This document shows positions 20,619 to 30,351 of a DNA stretch of 64,000 nucleotides, piece by piece. Position numbers and translations under genes: made by a program. How positions within the stretch are numbered: position 1 is the first letter of the stretch; every line of letters starts with the position of its first letter. The notes below the pieces were generated by a model, which was given only the letters and a program-made list of their open reading frames with translations, searched no databases and had not been told where the DNA came from. The stretch is from Candidatus Latescibacterota bacterium (lineage in GTDB: Bacteria > Latescibacterota > UBA2968 > GCA-2709665): assembly GCA_963667175.2 (NCBI GenBank), contig CAXXXF010000015.1:384001-448000 (forward strand). Direction: 5' to 3'.

Positions 20619-21806
20619 ATGTCCATTCAGAGCGCTTTTCTGGACGAAGTACACGTCACGAACTTCCTCAGCTTGCGCGACGTCCAGCTTCCGCTAAAGC
20701 CACTGACGGTTCTTGTGGGACCCAATGCGAGTGGAAAATCCAATATCCTCAGCGCGTTGAGTCTTCTCAATACGGTGATGACCGCCGAAGAATTGCCGCC
20801 TGTTGAAACTATCCTGAATCACCTTTGGGCAGGTGAAGCAAACCAGGTCACGTTCCAATTGCAAGCGAACGTGGCAGGAGTTCCAACGCTATATGAACTG
20901 AAGCTTACGGCCGAAGCAAACAATCCGGTTGTTGCTGAAGAACTCTCGGTTGACTCTGTAAACGTCATCTCAATTCAAAAGGGAACGGGCGAAGTCTGGG
21001 ATGAAGATGGCAAAAATAAGACGCCGTACAGGTCCAATAAACTCGCATTGAAGTCAGCCGGCGACTATGGGAACAAGCCGGTGACAAGCGTCTTGACAGA
21101 GTTTATTAAAGGTTGGGAATTTTACGACTTTCGACCAGAATACATGCGCGGGCATTTATTGGGATTCCCATTCATAAAAACACGCTCGAATGAGTTGCGC
21201 GAATCCCCAAAACTCGACGATGATGGTTCGACCTTATCGACGCTACTTTCACATTGGCACGAGAATTCACGAGAGCGTTTCCAGAGTATCAGTGATTCCC
21301 TTGCAGCTTCTACGAATATCAGAATGGATCAACGTTCAATAAACGGTGAAAGCCAACTCTGTCTCCTGGAGGGCTACAAGCAGCCGATACCCCTTACGAG
21401 GGCATCGGACGGCACACTTCGGCTCGTAGCATATTACATCCTGCTCAACGAGCCTGAATTGCCGCCGTTTATTGCCATCGAAGAACCTGAGCGAAATCTG
21501 CATCCGGGCGCTTTGAAGGACATCGCGAATGTCCTTGAGCAGATCTCCGAGCACTCCCAGGTGATGATCACGACCCATAGCTCGCAACTATTGGATGCCT
21601 TCAGTCCTGAGAACTTATCAGAATCACTCGGTGTCGTGCTCTTACGAAACGTCCCCGGACGTGGCACGGAAGTCATCAACCTCGAAGACATTCGCGGCGA
21701 CCGAGCAGCAATTGACGGATGGATTACCGATTTCGGAATCGGCAGCGCCATTTTTGATAGCGAACTGCTCCCGGACCTGATGAAGGAGCCTGCGTGCCAA
21801 GCATAA
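20619..21806 (+). CDS. ABC/SMC-like ATPase (AAA_21 type) of accessory or defence modules
   Basis: NFLSL, Walker A GPNASGKSN, signature SDGTLR, Walker B IEEPERNLHP, ITTHS. Lower GC than the flanks. Confidence 0.88.
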   Translation: MSIQSAFLDEVHVTNFLSLRDVQLPLKPLTVLVGPNASGKSNILSALSLLNTVMTAEELPPVETILNHLWAGEANQVTFQLQANVAGVPTLYELKLTAEANNPVVAEELSVDSVNVISIQKGTGEVWDEDGKNKTPYRSNKLALKSAGDYGNKPVTSVLTEFIKGWEFYDFRPEYMRGHLLGFPFIKTRSNELRESPKLDDDGSTLSTLLSHWHENSRERFQSISDSLAASTNIRMDQRSINGESQLCLLEGYKQPIPLTRASDGTLRLVAYYILLNEPELPPFIAIEEPERNLHPGALKDIANVLEQISEHSQVMITTHSSQLLDAFSPENLSESLGVVLLRNVPGRGTEVINLEDIRGDRAAIDGWITDFGIGSAIFDSELLPDLMKEPACQA

Positions 21807-21871
21807 GAATCTGGGCTCTGGAATCAGACAATGATGCCAAAGCCGTGAAATGTCTCGCTCGATTCCAATAG
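21794..21871 (+). pseudogene. 25-aa remnant of the ATPase partner gene (DUF4276/TOPRIM-like start)
   Basis: GTG overlapping the ATPase end with GAAGGAG upstream. MPSIRIWALESDNDAKAVKCLA has an E-x-x-x-D motif, then stops. Confidence 0.4.
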
Positions 21872-21939
21872 CAAACAGCCCGCCGGATCACAAAGGACCT
21901 GGGCCTCGAAATTCGTTCTCACCCGGACGAGGCACGTTT

Positions 21940-22151
21940 GAAGGCGGGGAGACGGTAGACGTTAGACGGGAGATGATGAGCTGCGTCTATGGGATATCGA
22001 TACGGACTGGCGATATCTTTCAGCGATAGCCGCAGACCTCTCCCCCCAACCCCCTCTCCCGGGGGGAGAGGGGGAGCAGAGCGGGACGTCTTCAAGCGAT
22101 CACAGTTCCCCCCTTCCCCCCGGGAAGGGGATAGGGGGTAGGTCGGCGGGG
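21940..22151. repeat. GC-rich multi-hairpin element, copy C
   Basis: Matches copies A and B. Confidence 0.9.
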
Positions 22152-22261
22152 ACGTGGAGGAGAGATTACCTGCCGTGTGAGGTCTCGATCCAGGCCGGAG
22201 GCATTCAGGAAGAGCATATTGGGCAAGCGTCTTCTACCGTCTCACGTCTCACCGCTTTCAG

Positions 22262-22448
22262 GTCTTCCTTCTTCCTTCTTCCTTCTTCCTTCTCCCTTCT
22301 TCCTTCTCCCTTCTTCCTTCTTCCTTCTCCCTTCTCCCTTCTTCCTTCCTCCTTCTCCCTTCTCCCTTCTTCCTTCCTCCTTCTCCCTTCTTCCTTCCTC
22401 CTTCTCCCTTCTTCCTTCCTCCTTCTCCCTTCTTCCTTCTTCCTTCTC
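22262..22448. repeat. Polypyrimidine heptamer tract
   Basis: About 185 bp of C/T only, with 7/21-nt periodicity, abutting the stop codon of the minus-strand gene. Confidence 0.9.
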
Positions 22449-24204
22449 ACCGCTCTTTCCTGATCTCGATGACGTAGGTCTCGGGAGATTCGGTTTTGTG
22501 TATCACCTCGAAGCGTTCGGGATAGGCTTTTACGGCCGGGACGATGTACTTCATTTTCTCTTTGAAAAACGGGACGTTGTCCAGAAGGACGTAGTCGAAC
22601 GCTTCCAGGGCCCGCAGGGCCCGGGCGGGATCCTCCACGCGGGGATAGCCACCGGTTTCCCGCTCCGACCAGAACCAGACCAGACCCGGTTTTCGGGTGG
22701 AGACGCGGCTCTGAGGCGGCGTGTTGTCCCGTATCCAGACGCTGGCCTCGTAGTACGTCTTCCAGTGCCGATGATAGCCCGGCGCCATCCTCTTTTCCCG
22801 TACGATTCCGAAATCCACGAACAACGATGGCAGCAGAAACAGACAGGCCAGGAACACGGGCGCATGCCTGTTCAGAACGGGACGTGTAAACACGGGCGCG
22901 ATCTTTCTCAGTGCCGGAAAGCGGGCGTAGCGCCGGGCCGGACCCGTCGATTCCGGGAAACATGCGCAGATCTTTTCTGCAGCCTTGAAAACGTAGAGCA
23001 TGATGAACGGCAGGATGGGGAGAAGATATCGATGCGGGGAACCGGGAAGGGTGAAGAGGGTCGCGACGTATCCCATGAAAAACCAGTCGTGGACCTCCAG
23101 GCTTCGCAGAAGCGAGAGGGGCTTTCTGTCAGGCGACGTTCTCCCGAACACGAACCCGATGCCGATCAGAATCAGAAGGAACCAGCCGATGGGCCGCCAT
23201 TTTGCGGAAATCGGCAACGGGTACATATACTCGACAGGCAGCAGGAGGTATTCCAGGTTCTTCAGATAGCCTGCCGGGTTTTTGTTGAAGATATAATAGA
23301 AAAAATTCTGCCAGAAGGAACCCGCTTCACCTTCCGGAATATAGGCTCCTCTCGCGATCTGATGGATCATTCCCAGGTATCCCTGGGACTCGGGAAAGTT
23401 GACCTTCAGGTACATTGCCCAGGGCAGCACCCAGACGGAGGCGCATGCAACGAGAAGCAGCGGTTTCCTGACCTCCTTTCGAAGCGCGAGGTAAATGGTT
23501 GCCGCAATCACCAGGTATATGGACGGGGACTTCACATGGTAGGCCCAGCCGGCGGCGCAGGCGGCGGCGATCAGCCATTTCCGCGAAATCCCGGGTCGCC
23601 TGATATATCGAAGAATAACCCACAGCGCCAACAGCGAAAAGGCCGGGAAGGGCACGTCCGCCGTGACGACGGCGGCGTATTCCACCGCAATCCAGAACGC
23701 GCCGCAAATCATCGCAATCAGCAGCGCCCGGTTGGCGTTCATGAATTCCCGAAAGACCAGAAACGCGCAGAACGGCAACAGGAAGCCCGAAATCGCGATC
23801 GTGACCTTGAGCGCGGGCACGCTGCCACGAAACAGGACGACCGCCGGCGTCAGCAGGGTCTTCACGCCCAGGCCGTACTGGCTGTCGAGAACGCGCTTTC
23901 CCTGAACCAGGCGCCTGGCGTCCCTGATATACGCGATATTGTCGCCGATCACGTGGACCCACTCGTTGCAGGTGAGCAGGTACAGACCGGTGACGGCGAC
24001 GCAGCCCGTGACGGCCGCGGTCACAATCCGGCGTTCCGGAATCCGCCCGAAAGCCGCCAGGCCGGCGACGCAGAGAATCACCACCATACAGGCCATCGTG
24101 GGCGCCAGCGTCGCAACGTTGAGACGGTGCGCGCAGTGATAGGCCAGCAGGACGACCAGGGAATACGGGAAAACGTAGCTGAGATATCGGGCGGTCGCGT
24201 TCAC
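22447..24204 (-). CDS. Polytopic membrane glycosyltransferase (GT-C, ArnT/PMT-like)
   Basis: Many TM segments, GDNIAYI loop motif, RYLLPILP, soluble C-terminal domain. Confidence 0.7.
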   Translation of the reverse strand: MNATARYLSYVFPYSLVVLLAYHCAHRLNVATLAPTMACMVVILCVAGLAAFGRIPERRIVTAAVTGCVAVTGLYLLTCNEWVHVIGDNIAYIRDARRLVQGKRVLDSQYGLGVKTLLTPAVVLFRGSVPALKVTIAISGFLLPFCAFLVFREFMNANRALLIAMICGAFWIAVEYAAVVTADVPFPAFSLLALWVILRYIRRPGISRKWLIAAACAAGWAYHVKSPSIYLVIAATIYLALRKEVRKPLLLVACASVWVLPWAMYLKVNFPESQGYLGMIHQIARGAYIPEGEAGSFWQNFFYYIFNKNPAGYLKNLEYLLLPVEYMYPLPISAKWRPIGWFLLILIGIGFVFGRTSPDRKPLSLLRSLEVHDWFFMGYVATLFTLPGSPHRYLLPILPFIMLYVFKAAEKICACFPESTGPARRYARFPALRKIAPVFTRPVLNRHAPVFLACLFLLPSLFVDFGIVREKRMAPGYHRHWKTYYEASVWIRDNTPPQSRVSTRKPGLVWFWSERETGGYPRVEDPARALRALEAFDYVLLDNVPFFKEKMKYIVPAVKAYPERFEVIHKTESPETYVIEIRKER

Positions 24205-24923
24205 GAGAAGCGGGTTTTGAGGAGGGTTTTGACGTTGATGAAAAAGTCCGTCCAGCGCACCTTCTTGCCGGCGCGCGCGTCACGTCCCTGGTAGGTGATC
24301 GGAACGTCCACGATCCGGCAACCCCTCTTCAGGAGCTTGGCCGTGAGTTCGTGTTCCAGGTCGAAGCCGTCCCGAACCAGGGGTATCCCGCGCACGACGT
24401 CGGTCCGGTAGAGCTTGTACCCGGTGCACAGATCGCTGATGCGGGAGTTGAAGAGGAGATTCGTAAACCACGTGAGCAGCTTGTTCGCAATGAAGTTCGG
24501 CAGTTTCATGCCTTCGATCCGGCCCTGGAAACGCGAACCGAAGACCACATCGATCGACGGGTCCCGCAGAAAGGGCGCGATCAGGTCGGGGTAGTCTTCA
24601 GGCGCGTATTCCAGGTCGGCGTCCTGGATGAGGGCCCAGTCGCCGGTGATATGCTCCAGGGCCGTGCGGACGGCCGCGCCCTTTCCCCTGTTTTGGGGAT
24701 GGCGGGCCACGCGGATGCCGCGGGCCTTCAGGTCCTCACATATCGTCCCGGTCCCGTCGGTGGACCCGTCATCCACGACGACGATCTCTTTTCCCACGCC
24801 TTCCTGGACGGGTACGGCCCTCACGCGGTCGATTACCGCGCCAAGCGTGCTCGCCTCGTTGAACACGGGAATCATGACGGACAGCAGGTGTTCTCGCGAG
24901 GCCCTGTTCGAGCGCGCGCTCAC
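24201..24923 (-). CDS. GT2 glycosyltransferase (polyprenol-phosphate sugar synthase-like)
   Basis: LSVMIPVFNE, VVDDGSTDGT, NRGKGAA, IQDADLEY, GSRF. GTG start overlaps the upstream stop. Confidence 0.9.
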   Translation of the reverse strand: MSARSNRASREHLLSVMIPVFNEASTLGAVIDRVRAVPVQEGVGKEIVVVDDGSTDGTGTICEDLKARGIRVARHPQNRGKGAAVRTALEHITGDWALIQDADLEYAPEDYPDLIAPFLRDPSIDVVFGSRFQGRIEGMKLPNFIANKLLTWFTNLLFNSRISDLCTGYKLYRTDVVRGIPLVRDGFDLEHELTAKLLKRGCRIVDVPITYQGRDARAGKKVRWTDFFINVKTLLKTRFS

Positions 24924-25999
24924 GTGGCGCCTCCCGGCGCAACCTGCGCGACCTCGAGGCCCGCGGGATCGACGGTTGCCGCAAGGAGCCGTGCGGTGGG
25001 TACCGAGGCCAGTATCTCCCGCCATGCGGCCGCGAGTTCGGACGTGGCTTCGGGGCGCGGCGCAAGCGCCCAGACGCAACCTCCGTTGCCGCTGCCCGCC
25101 GTGGCAAAGCCCGCCCCAATACTGGCGCATACGGCCTGCAGCTTCTCTCCGAGCACGGTCATCCGGGCGGGCACGATCGCGCATCGAATCCCGGTTTCCT
25201 CGTCCAGCAGCCTTCCGGCGGCCTCCCAGTCCGCGCGTTTCAGGGCGCCCGCGAATTCTGTGGCGATTTCATTGACACGGAACCACAGGTCGCGGCGCCG
25301 TCCCGCGAGGAAATCCTCCACCTGCCGGCTGTTGACGTCGTTGGAGTCGTGCGGCTTGCCAATGTAGGCGACCAGCAGCCGGTCGCCCAGGGCGCCGTAC
25401 CGGTCCCGCGAGAGAACCGCCTCCCTGCGGAACTTTCCCGTCGGTTCGCCATAGGTCCAGCGCCACGTGTTGACCCCGCCGTACGCGGCGGCGCACTGGT
25501 CCTGCAGACCGGTATAGGAGAATCGGAGACCGTCTTCAATATTGTAGACGACCTCGATGATTTCCTCCGGCGACAGACCGGGGCCCCCATTCAGCGCCCT
25601 CGCGCGGGAAAGCGCCCCTGCCAGGGCGACCGAGAGCGTGCCGGACCCGCCCACGCCGCTGCGCGGCGGGCAGCCGTAGGAGATCTCGATTTCGACGCCG
25701 CCCAGCGCGAAATGAGCCGCAATCGCGAACAGAAGTCCGAAATGGCCCGTCATGTCCGGCGCGTCCGCGGGAAACGTCTCGTGATGAAATTCGTCCGCAA
25801 TGCGCACGTATCCCGGCCGGTAGGCTTTGAGGCGGACGCGGGTGCGCGCGGAGATGGCGATATTGGTGGTGGCGGGATTCAGACTGGCGTAGGGCAGCGC
25901 GAAACACTTGAGGTCCCACGTGCCGCCAACGTCCAGGCGGCAGGGCGCCGAAGACAGGATTTCGACGGTCTGAAGGCGGGCGCTGAGGTCCGTGGTCAT
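24920..25999 (-). CDS. GHMP-family sugar kinase (HddA/heptose-7-phosphate kinase-like)
   Basis: SAPCRLDVGGTWD, PPRSGVGGSG, GLQDQCAAAYGG, AGSGNGGC. Confidence 0.8.
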   Translation of the reverse strand: MTTDLSARLQTVEILSSAPCRLDVGGTWDLKCFALPYASLNPATTNIAISARTRVRLKAYRPGYVRIADEFHHETFPADAPDMTGHFGLLFAIAAHFALGGVEIEISYGCPPRSGVGGSGTLSVALAGALSRARALNGGPGLSPEEIIEVVYNIEDGLRFSYTGLQDQCAAAYGGVNTWRWTYGEPTGKFRREAVLSRDRYGALGDRLLVAYIGKPHDSNDVNSRQVEDFLAGRRRDLWFRVNEIATEFAGALKRADWEAAGRLLDEETGIRCAIVPARMTVLGEKLQAVCASIGAGFATAGSGNGGCVWALAPRPEATSELAAAWREILASVPTARLLAATVDPAGLEVAQVAPGGAT

Positions 26000-26022
26000 G
26001 TGCTTTCTCGAAGCGCGCGAGC

Positions 26023-26949
26023 TCACGCGCGCGGATGAAAGGTGCGGTGGACCTCTTTCAGGTATTCCCGATCGACGTGGGTGTAGATCTGCGTGGTGGA
26101 AATATCCACGTGCCCCAGCATCTCCTGCACGGCGCGGAGGTCGGCGCCGCCCTCCAGCAGATGGGTCGCGAACGAATGACGCATGGTGTGCGGGCTGACC
26201 GCCTTGTCGATACCGGAACTCCGGACGTACCCCTTCAGGATCTTCCACACGCCCATGCGCGACATGGCCCCGCCCCGGAAATTCAGGAAAATCGTGTCTC
26301 CCGACGCATGCCCGCTCAGGTCGACGCGCGCGCCCGTCAGATAGCGATTGACCCAATCCACGGCTTCCGTTCCGATGGGCACGATCCGCTCCCGGCTGCC
26401 CTTGCCGATCACGCGCACCACCTCCAGGTCGAAGAGGAGGTGCAACCGCTCCAGCCCGATCAGTTCCGACACCCGGAGACCGGCGCCGTACAACATTTCC
26501 AGCAATGCGCGGTCGCGCAGCCCCAGCGGCGTCTCCACGTCCGGCGCCATCATCAGGCGTTCCACTTCGTAGACGTTCAGGACGGCGGGCAGTTTACGGC
26601 CCAGTTTGGGCGACTTCATATGCTCGGTGGGGTCGTTTTCGATGACGCCTTCGGCCTGCAGGAACCGATGAAACATCCGGACGGCAGTCAGATTTCGCGC
26701 CACGCTGGAAGCTTCCAGGCCGAGGTCCCCCAGCAACTGCAATAACGCGGACACGTCGGCCTGCGACACGTCGACGGGGGTCCTTACCCCGCGCGCGTCC
26801 AGCACGTCGGCGTACCGGTCCAGGTCCCGGGCATAGGCCGATACGGTATTTTCGGCCAACCCCTGCTCCAGGCGCACGTAGTCCAGGAACCCGCGCAACG
26901 CGTCCCGCCATTCCGCCGACGCGCCCCGCTCGCCCGCGTCCGTATCCAT
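26023..26949 (-). CDS. xerD: Tyrosine recombinase XerD
   Basis: NTVSAYARDL, RDRALLEMLYGAGLRVSEL, GKGSRER, SPHTMRHSFATHLLEGGADLRAVQEMLGH, TTQIYTHV. Confidence 0.93.
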   Translation of the reverse strand: MDTDAGERGASAEWRDALRGFLDYVRLEQGLAENTVSAYARDLDRYADVLDARGVRTPVDVSQADVSALLQLLGDLGLEASSVARNLTAVRMFHRFLQAEGVIENDPTEHMKSPKLGRKLPAVLNVYEVERLMMAPDVETPLGLRDRALLEMLYGAGLRVSELIGLERLHLLFDLEVVRVIGKGSRERIVPIGTEAVDWVNRYLTGARVDLSGHASGDTIFLNFRGGAMSRMGVWKILKGYVRSSGIDKAVSPHTMRHSFATHLLEGGADLRAVQEMLGHVDISTTQIYTHVDREYLKEVHRTFHPRA

Positions 26950-27491
26950 CACGACCGCCATTCCCGCGAACTCCCCCTGCCGCCGTTCCCTTCCAGCGCC
27001 AGCAGGGCGCCCTTCCATTCCCCGCCGTAGGCGAACCCCGTCAGCGCCCCGGACGCGCCCACAACCCGGTGACAAGGCACAACGATCACGCAGGGGTTCT
27101 TTGCGAGCGCGGCGCCCACCGCGCGGGCGGCCTTCGGGCGTCCGATGGCATTTGCGACGTCGCCGTAAGACCGCCGCCCGCCGTACGGAATCTCCCGGGT
27201 CGCCCGCCAGACCATCCCCTGGAACGCCGTATGGCCGGAGAGGTCGGGCACGTCGTGAAACCGCACGGGTTCGCCGGAAAAATAGCCGGCCAGCGCGTCG
27301 ATGAGGCGCTGCCCCTGCTCGTTGGGGGGAGCGCCCTCCACCAGCTCGGGACCGGCGATCTCGACCCGCTCGAAACGCCCCAGCCGGATCGACGACAGCC
27401 TGCCATCGTCCCAGGTTGCCTCGACCCGACCCAGTCCCGTCTTCAGAACGGCGGACTGCAGGGTCGACGCGGTGTGATTTCCGTTTTTCAT
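26949..27491 (-). CDS. ogt: Methylated-DNA-protein-cysteine methyltransferase
   Basis: IPYG..SYG.VA, ARAVG, PCHRVV. Confidence 0.92.
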   Translation of the reverse strand: MKNGNHTASTLQSAVLKTGLGRVEATWDDGRLSSIRLGRFERVEIAGPELVEGAPPNEQGQRLIDALAGYFSGEPVRFHDVPDLSGHTAFQGMVWRATREIPYGGRRSYGDVANAIGRPKAARAVGAALAKNPCVIVVPCHRVVGASGALTGFAYGGEWKGALLALEGNGGRGSSREWRS

Positions 27492-29392
27492 TGTCCTTTC
27501 TCCGATTCCAACTGTTCTGCGATCTGTTCCGCGAGCCGATCTCCGATGCCCTCCACCGCCGCGAGTTCCGATGCGCCCGCCACCAGGATCTTCTTCATCG
27601 ACCCGAAGTGCGTCAGCAGCGCCTTTCGCCGGGCCGGACCCACGCCATCGAGCTCATCCAGCCGGGAAGCCAGGGTTCGTTTCTGCCTCAGCTTCCGGTG
27701 ATAGGCGACCGCGAACCGGTGCGATTCATCCCGGACGGCCTGCAGCAGCTTGAGCGCCGCCGAGACCTTCGGGATATTCTGCGGCGCCGGGCAGCCGGGC
27801 AGGAAGACGTCTTCCAGGCGCTTCGCCAGGCCGATGACGGGCTGATTCTGTACGCCCGCCTCATGCAACGCCGCAACGGCGCTGGAAAGCTGCCCCTTCC
27901 CTCCGTCGATCAGCAGCAGATCGGGAAACGCCCGCCCCTCCTCCATCAGGCGCTTGAAGCGCCGCGTCACCACCTGCCGCATCATCGCGAAGTCGTCGGG
28001 CCCTTCGACGCCCGTAATCCTGAAGTGCCTGTATTCGGACTTCCGCGGCCGGCCATCCACGAAGCACACCAGCGACGCCACGGGATCCGAACCCTGGAAA
28101 TTCGAGACGTCCATGGCCTCGATCCGCTTCGGGGGACGCTCGAGGCGCAGGTCGCGCTGGAGCGCGGCGACGGCGGCCGGCGCCTGGGACCGCCTGTTTT
28201 CCCGCCGCAACCGGCGCTCGCTGAGCAACAGCGCGGCGTTGTTCTCGGCCATCTTCACCAGCCGCGCCTTGTCGCCCCGCTGCGGCACGCGGATTTCCAC
28301 AAGACCGCCGGCCCGCCCGCGCAACCAATCGAGGACGGTCTCGCGGGACTCGACGTCGCACGGCAGGCAGATCTCCTCCGGCACGAACGAGGCGGTCAGA
28401 TAGAGCAACTGCACGAAGGCGCCGACCACCTCGGCCATGGGCGCGTCGAGTACGCCGCCGAGGAAATAGTGCTGACGTCCGATCAGCCGTCCTTCCCGGA
28501 CCTCCATCACCACGCAGCAGGCTTCGTCGTCTTCCCTGGCAACCGCGATCGTGTCCCAGTCCTTCTGTTCCGGGGACACCACCTTCTGGCGGTTGGTCGT
28601 CTGCTCCAGGTCCCTCAGACGGTCCCGGTACACCGCGGCCTCTTCGAAATGCCGCCCGGCCGCCGCCTGCCGCATGCGTTCCTTCAGCGCGGCCACGACC
28701 TGGGTGTGGCGTCCGGTCAGAAACAGCACCGCCTCCCGTACGATCTTGCGGTACTCCGCGGCCGCAATCAGCCCCTCGCAGGGGCCGTCGCATCGTTTGA
28801 TCTCGTAGTCCAGGCACAGACGGACGTTGTCCGCCGGCAGCGCATAGTCGCAACTGCGGACCCGGAACAGCCGGTGCATCGTTTCCAGGGTCCGGCGCAG
28901 GGCCTTCACGTCCGTATAGGGGCCCAGATAACGCGACCCGTCCTTGACCACGTCGCGCGTGAACGTGATCCGGGGAAACGGCTCATCGCTAATCCTGATA
29001 AAGGGGTATTTCTTGTCGTCTTTCAGATTGATATTGTACCGGGGCTTGTGCTCCTTGACCAGATTGGCCTCCAGAATCAGGGCCTCCACCTCGGTATCCG
29101 CGACAATGTATTCCAGGTCTCTCACGTTGCGCACGAGCGCCCGGAACTGCCGCCGGCCGTCGTCGGCGTTGGACCGGATGTACGACTGCGCGCGGCTTCG
29201 GAGGCACTTGGCCTTTCCGATGTAGATGATCCGCCCCTGTTCGTCCTTCAACAGATAGACGCCGGGTTCCCGGGGCATATGCGCCACAATCTCGTTCAGG
29301 CGCCGGCGCACGGCCTTGCGGGTCATCTTCACCGGCGCGGCGCCGCGATGATCGGATCCCGAATTCATCATCCATGCCCTCTGCGCGGCCAC
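27488..29392 (-). CDS. uvrC: Excinuclease ABC subunit C
   Basis: PGVY...IYIGKAK, PRYNINLKDDKKYP, IEAMDVSN, DLLLIDGGKGQL, RDESHRFA, HhH. The true start may be 29326. Confidence 0.96.
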   Translation of the reverse strand: MAAQRAWMMNSGSDHRGAAPVKMTRKAVRRRLNEIVAHMPREPGVYLLKDEQGRIIYIGKAKCLRSRAQSYIRSNADDGRRQFRALVRNVRDLEYIVADTEVEALILEANLVKEHKPRYNINLKDDKKYPFIRISDEPFPRITFTRDVVKDGSRYLGPYTDVKALRRTLETMHRLFRVRSCDYALPADNVRLCLDYEIKRCDGPCEGLIAAAEYRKIVREAVLFLTGRHTQVVAALKERMRQAAAGRHFEEAAVYRDRLRDLEQTTNRQKVVSPEQKDWDTIAVAREDDEACCVVMEVREGRLIGRQHYFLGGVLDAPMAEVVGAFVQLLYLTASFVPEEICLPCDVESRETVLDWLRGRAGGLVEIRVPQRGDKARLVKMAENNAALLLSERRLRRENRRSQAPAAVAALQRDLRLERPPKRIEAMDVSNFQGSDPVASLVCFVDGRPRKSEYRHFRITGVEGPDDFAMMRQVVTRRFKRLMEEGRAFPDLLLIDGGKGQLSSAVAALHEAGVQNQPVIGLAKRLEDVFLPGCPAPQNIPKVSAALKLLQAVRDESHRFAVAYHRKLRQKRTLASRLDELDGVGPARRKALLTHFGSMKKILVAGASELAAVEGIGDRLAEQIAEQLESEKGQ

Positions 29393-29405
29393 TCCGCAAC
29401 TTCCA

Positions 29406-29900
29406 TCATAAGTCCAGAATCTCGACCTGCAGGCGCTGCAGATCCAGCAACCCGACCGTGGACCGGCCGGTGACCCAGCCGCCCGCCTCTCCGGGATTCA
29501 CCACCAGGGTTTCGCCGTGACGAACGTCGATCTCATGGGTATGGCCGTATACGATCACGTCGTAGGCGCCGCTTGCGGCCAGCGCGTCCACTTCATCGGG
29601 CTCGTGCATCAGCAGCAGCCGCCTGCCCTGGCAGTCGAACGCATGGGGCGCCCGGTGGATGGGCCCCAGCGGCTCGAACTGGGCGCGAAGACCGAACCTC
29701 TCGCCGTCGTTATTGCCGAAAACGCCCACCATGGGCGCGTTCAGGCCCGCCATCCACCTGGCGTTGAAGGGCGCGATGAAATCCCCGGCGTGCGCCACGA
29801 GCCCCACTTCGTTCTCATTGAACAGGGTCACCGACTTCTCCACCGAAATCCGGTTGTCGTGCGTGTCGGCGATCAGTCCCACCAGATGCGCGTGTGCCAT
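29406..29900 (-). CDS. YfcE/MJ0936-family metallophosphoesterase
   Basis: ADTHDN, HAGD, GNND, GHTH, NPG motifs. Confidence 0.9.
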   Translation of the reverse strand: MAHAHLVGLIADTHDNRISVEKSVTLFNENEVGLVAHAGDFIAPFNARWMAGLNAPMVGVFGNNDGERFGLRAQFEPLGPIHRAPHAFDCQGRRLLLMHEPDEVDALAASGAYDVIVYGHTHEIDVRHGETLVVNPGEAGGWVTGRSTVGLLDLQRLQVEILDL

Positions 29901-30094
29901 GGAAACCGTCCGTCGGTTTGCGGGTTGCGATGATTGTCGACTCGAAGCGGGCGCGGCGCCGGGGGCCGCGGGTGCATCCTGGAATCTAGACAAACTTACG
30001 TCCCTCCCGCGGTTTTGTCAACCGATGGGCGCGCGTTACGGAGACGCCCGGCAGTTGACCATCGGCACTCATGTCGTAACTGAGCGCAGTGAGT

Positions 30095-30192
30095 GACACC
30101 CCCCACCGCATCAGCCTTCGCCTGACGGCTCGGCTTCTGCCTGCCTGTCCTGCGGACGCAGGCAGGCGACTCCCCCTCGAGGGGGGAGTGAT
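30095..30192. repeat. Palindromic intergenic element with nested CCTGCC/GGCAGG insert
   Basis: CACCCCCCACC...GCCTGCCTGTCCTGCGGACGCAGGCAGGC...ACTCCCCCTCGAGGGGGGAGT. Confidence 0.6.
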
Positions 30193-30351
30193 GCGTACGT
30201 CGCAACATGACTGCTAATCGCGTGGCGCCTTTGGGACAGGTTTATGTTGACAAGGTCGATAGATTATGTGAATTTTGGGACCGTCCATAACGTGGGCGGG
30301 AGTCGGGGCGGCACGGTAGTCGTCCCGACCGCCGTTAAAGAGGAACATTCG

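Noticed and set aside
22177-24294. 705-aa + strand ORF with an LLPSSFS repeat
   Set aside because: It is a translation of the pyrimidine tract plus the antisense of the GT-C gene.
26023-26949. Phage or island integrase
   Set aside because: The motifs and housekeeping context match chromosomal XerD, with no att sites or phage genes nearby.
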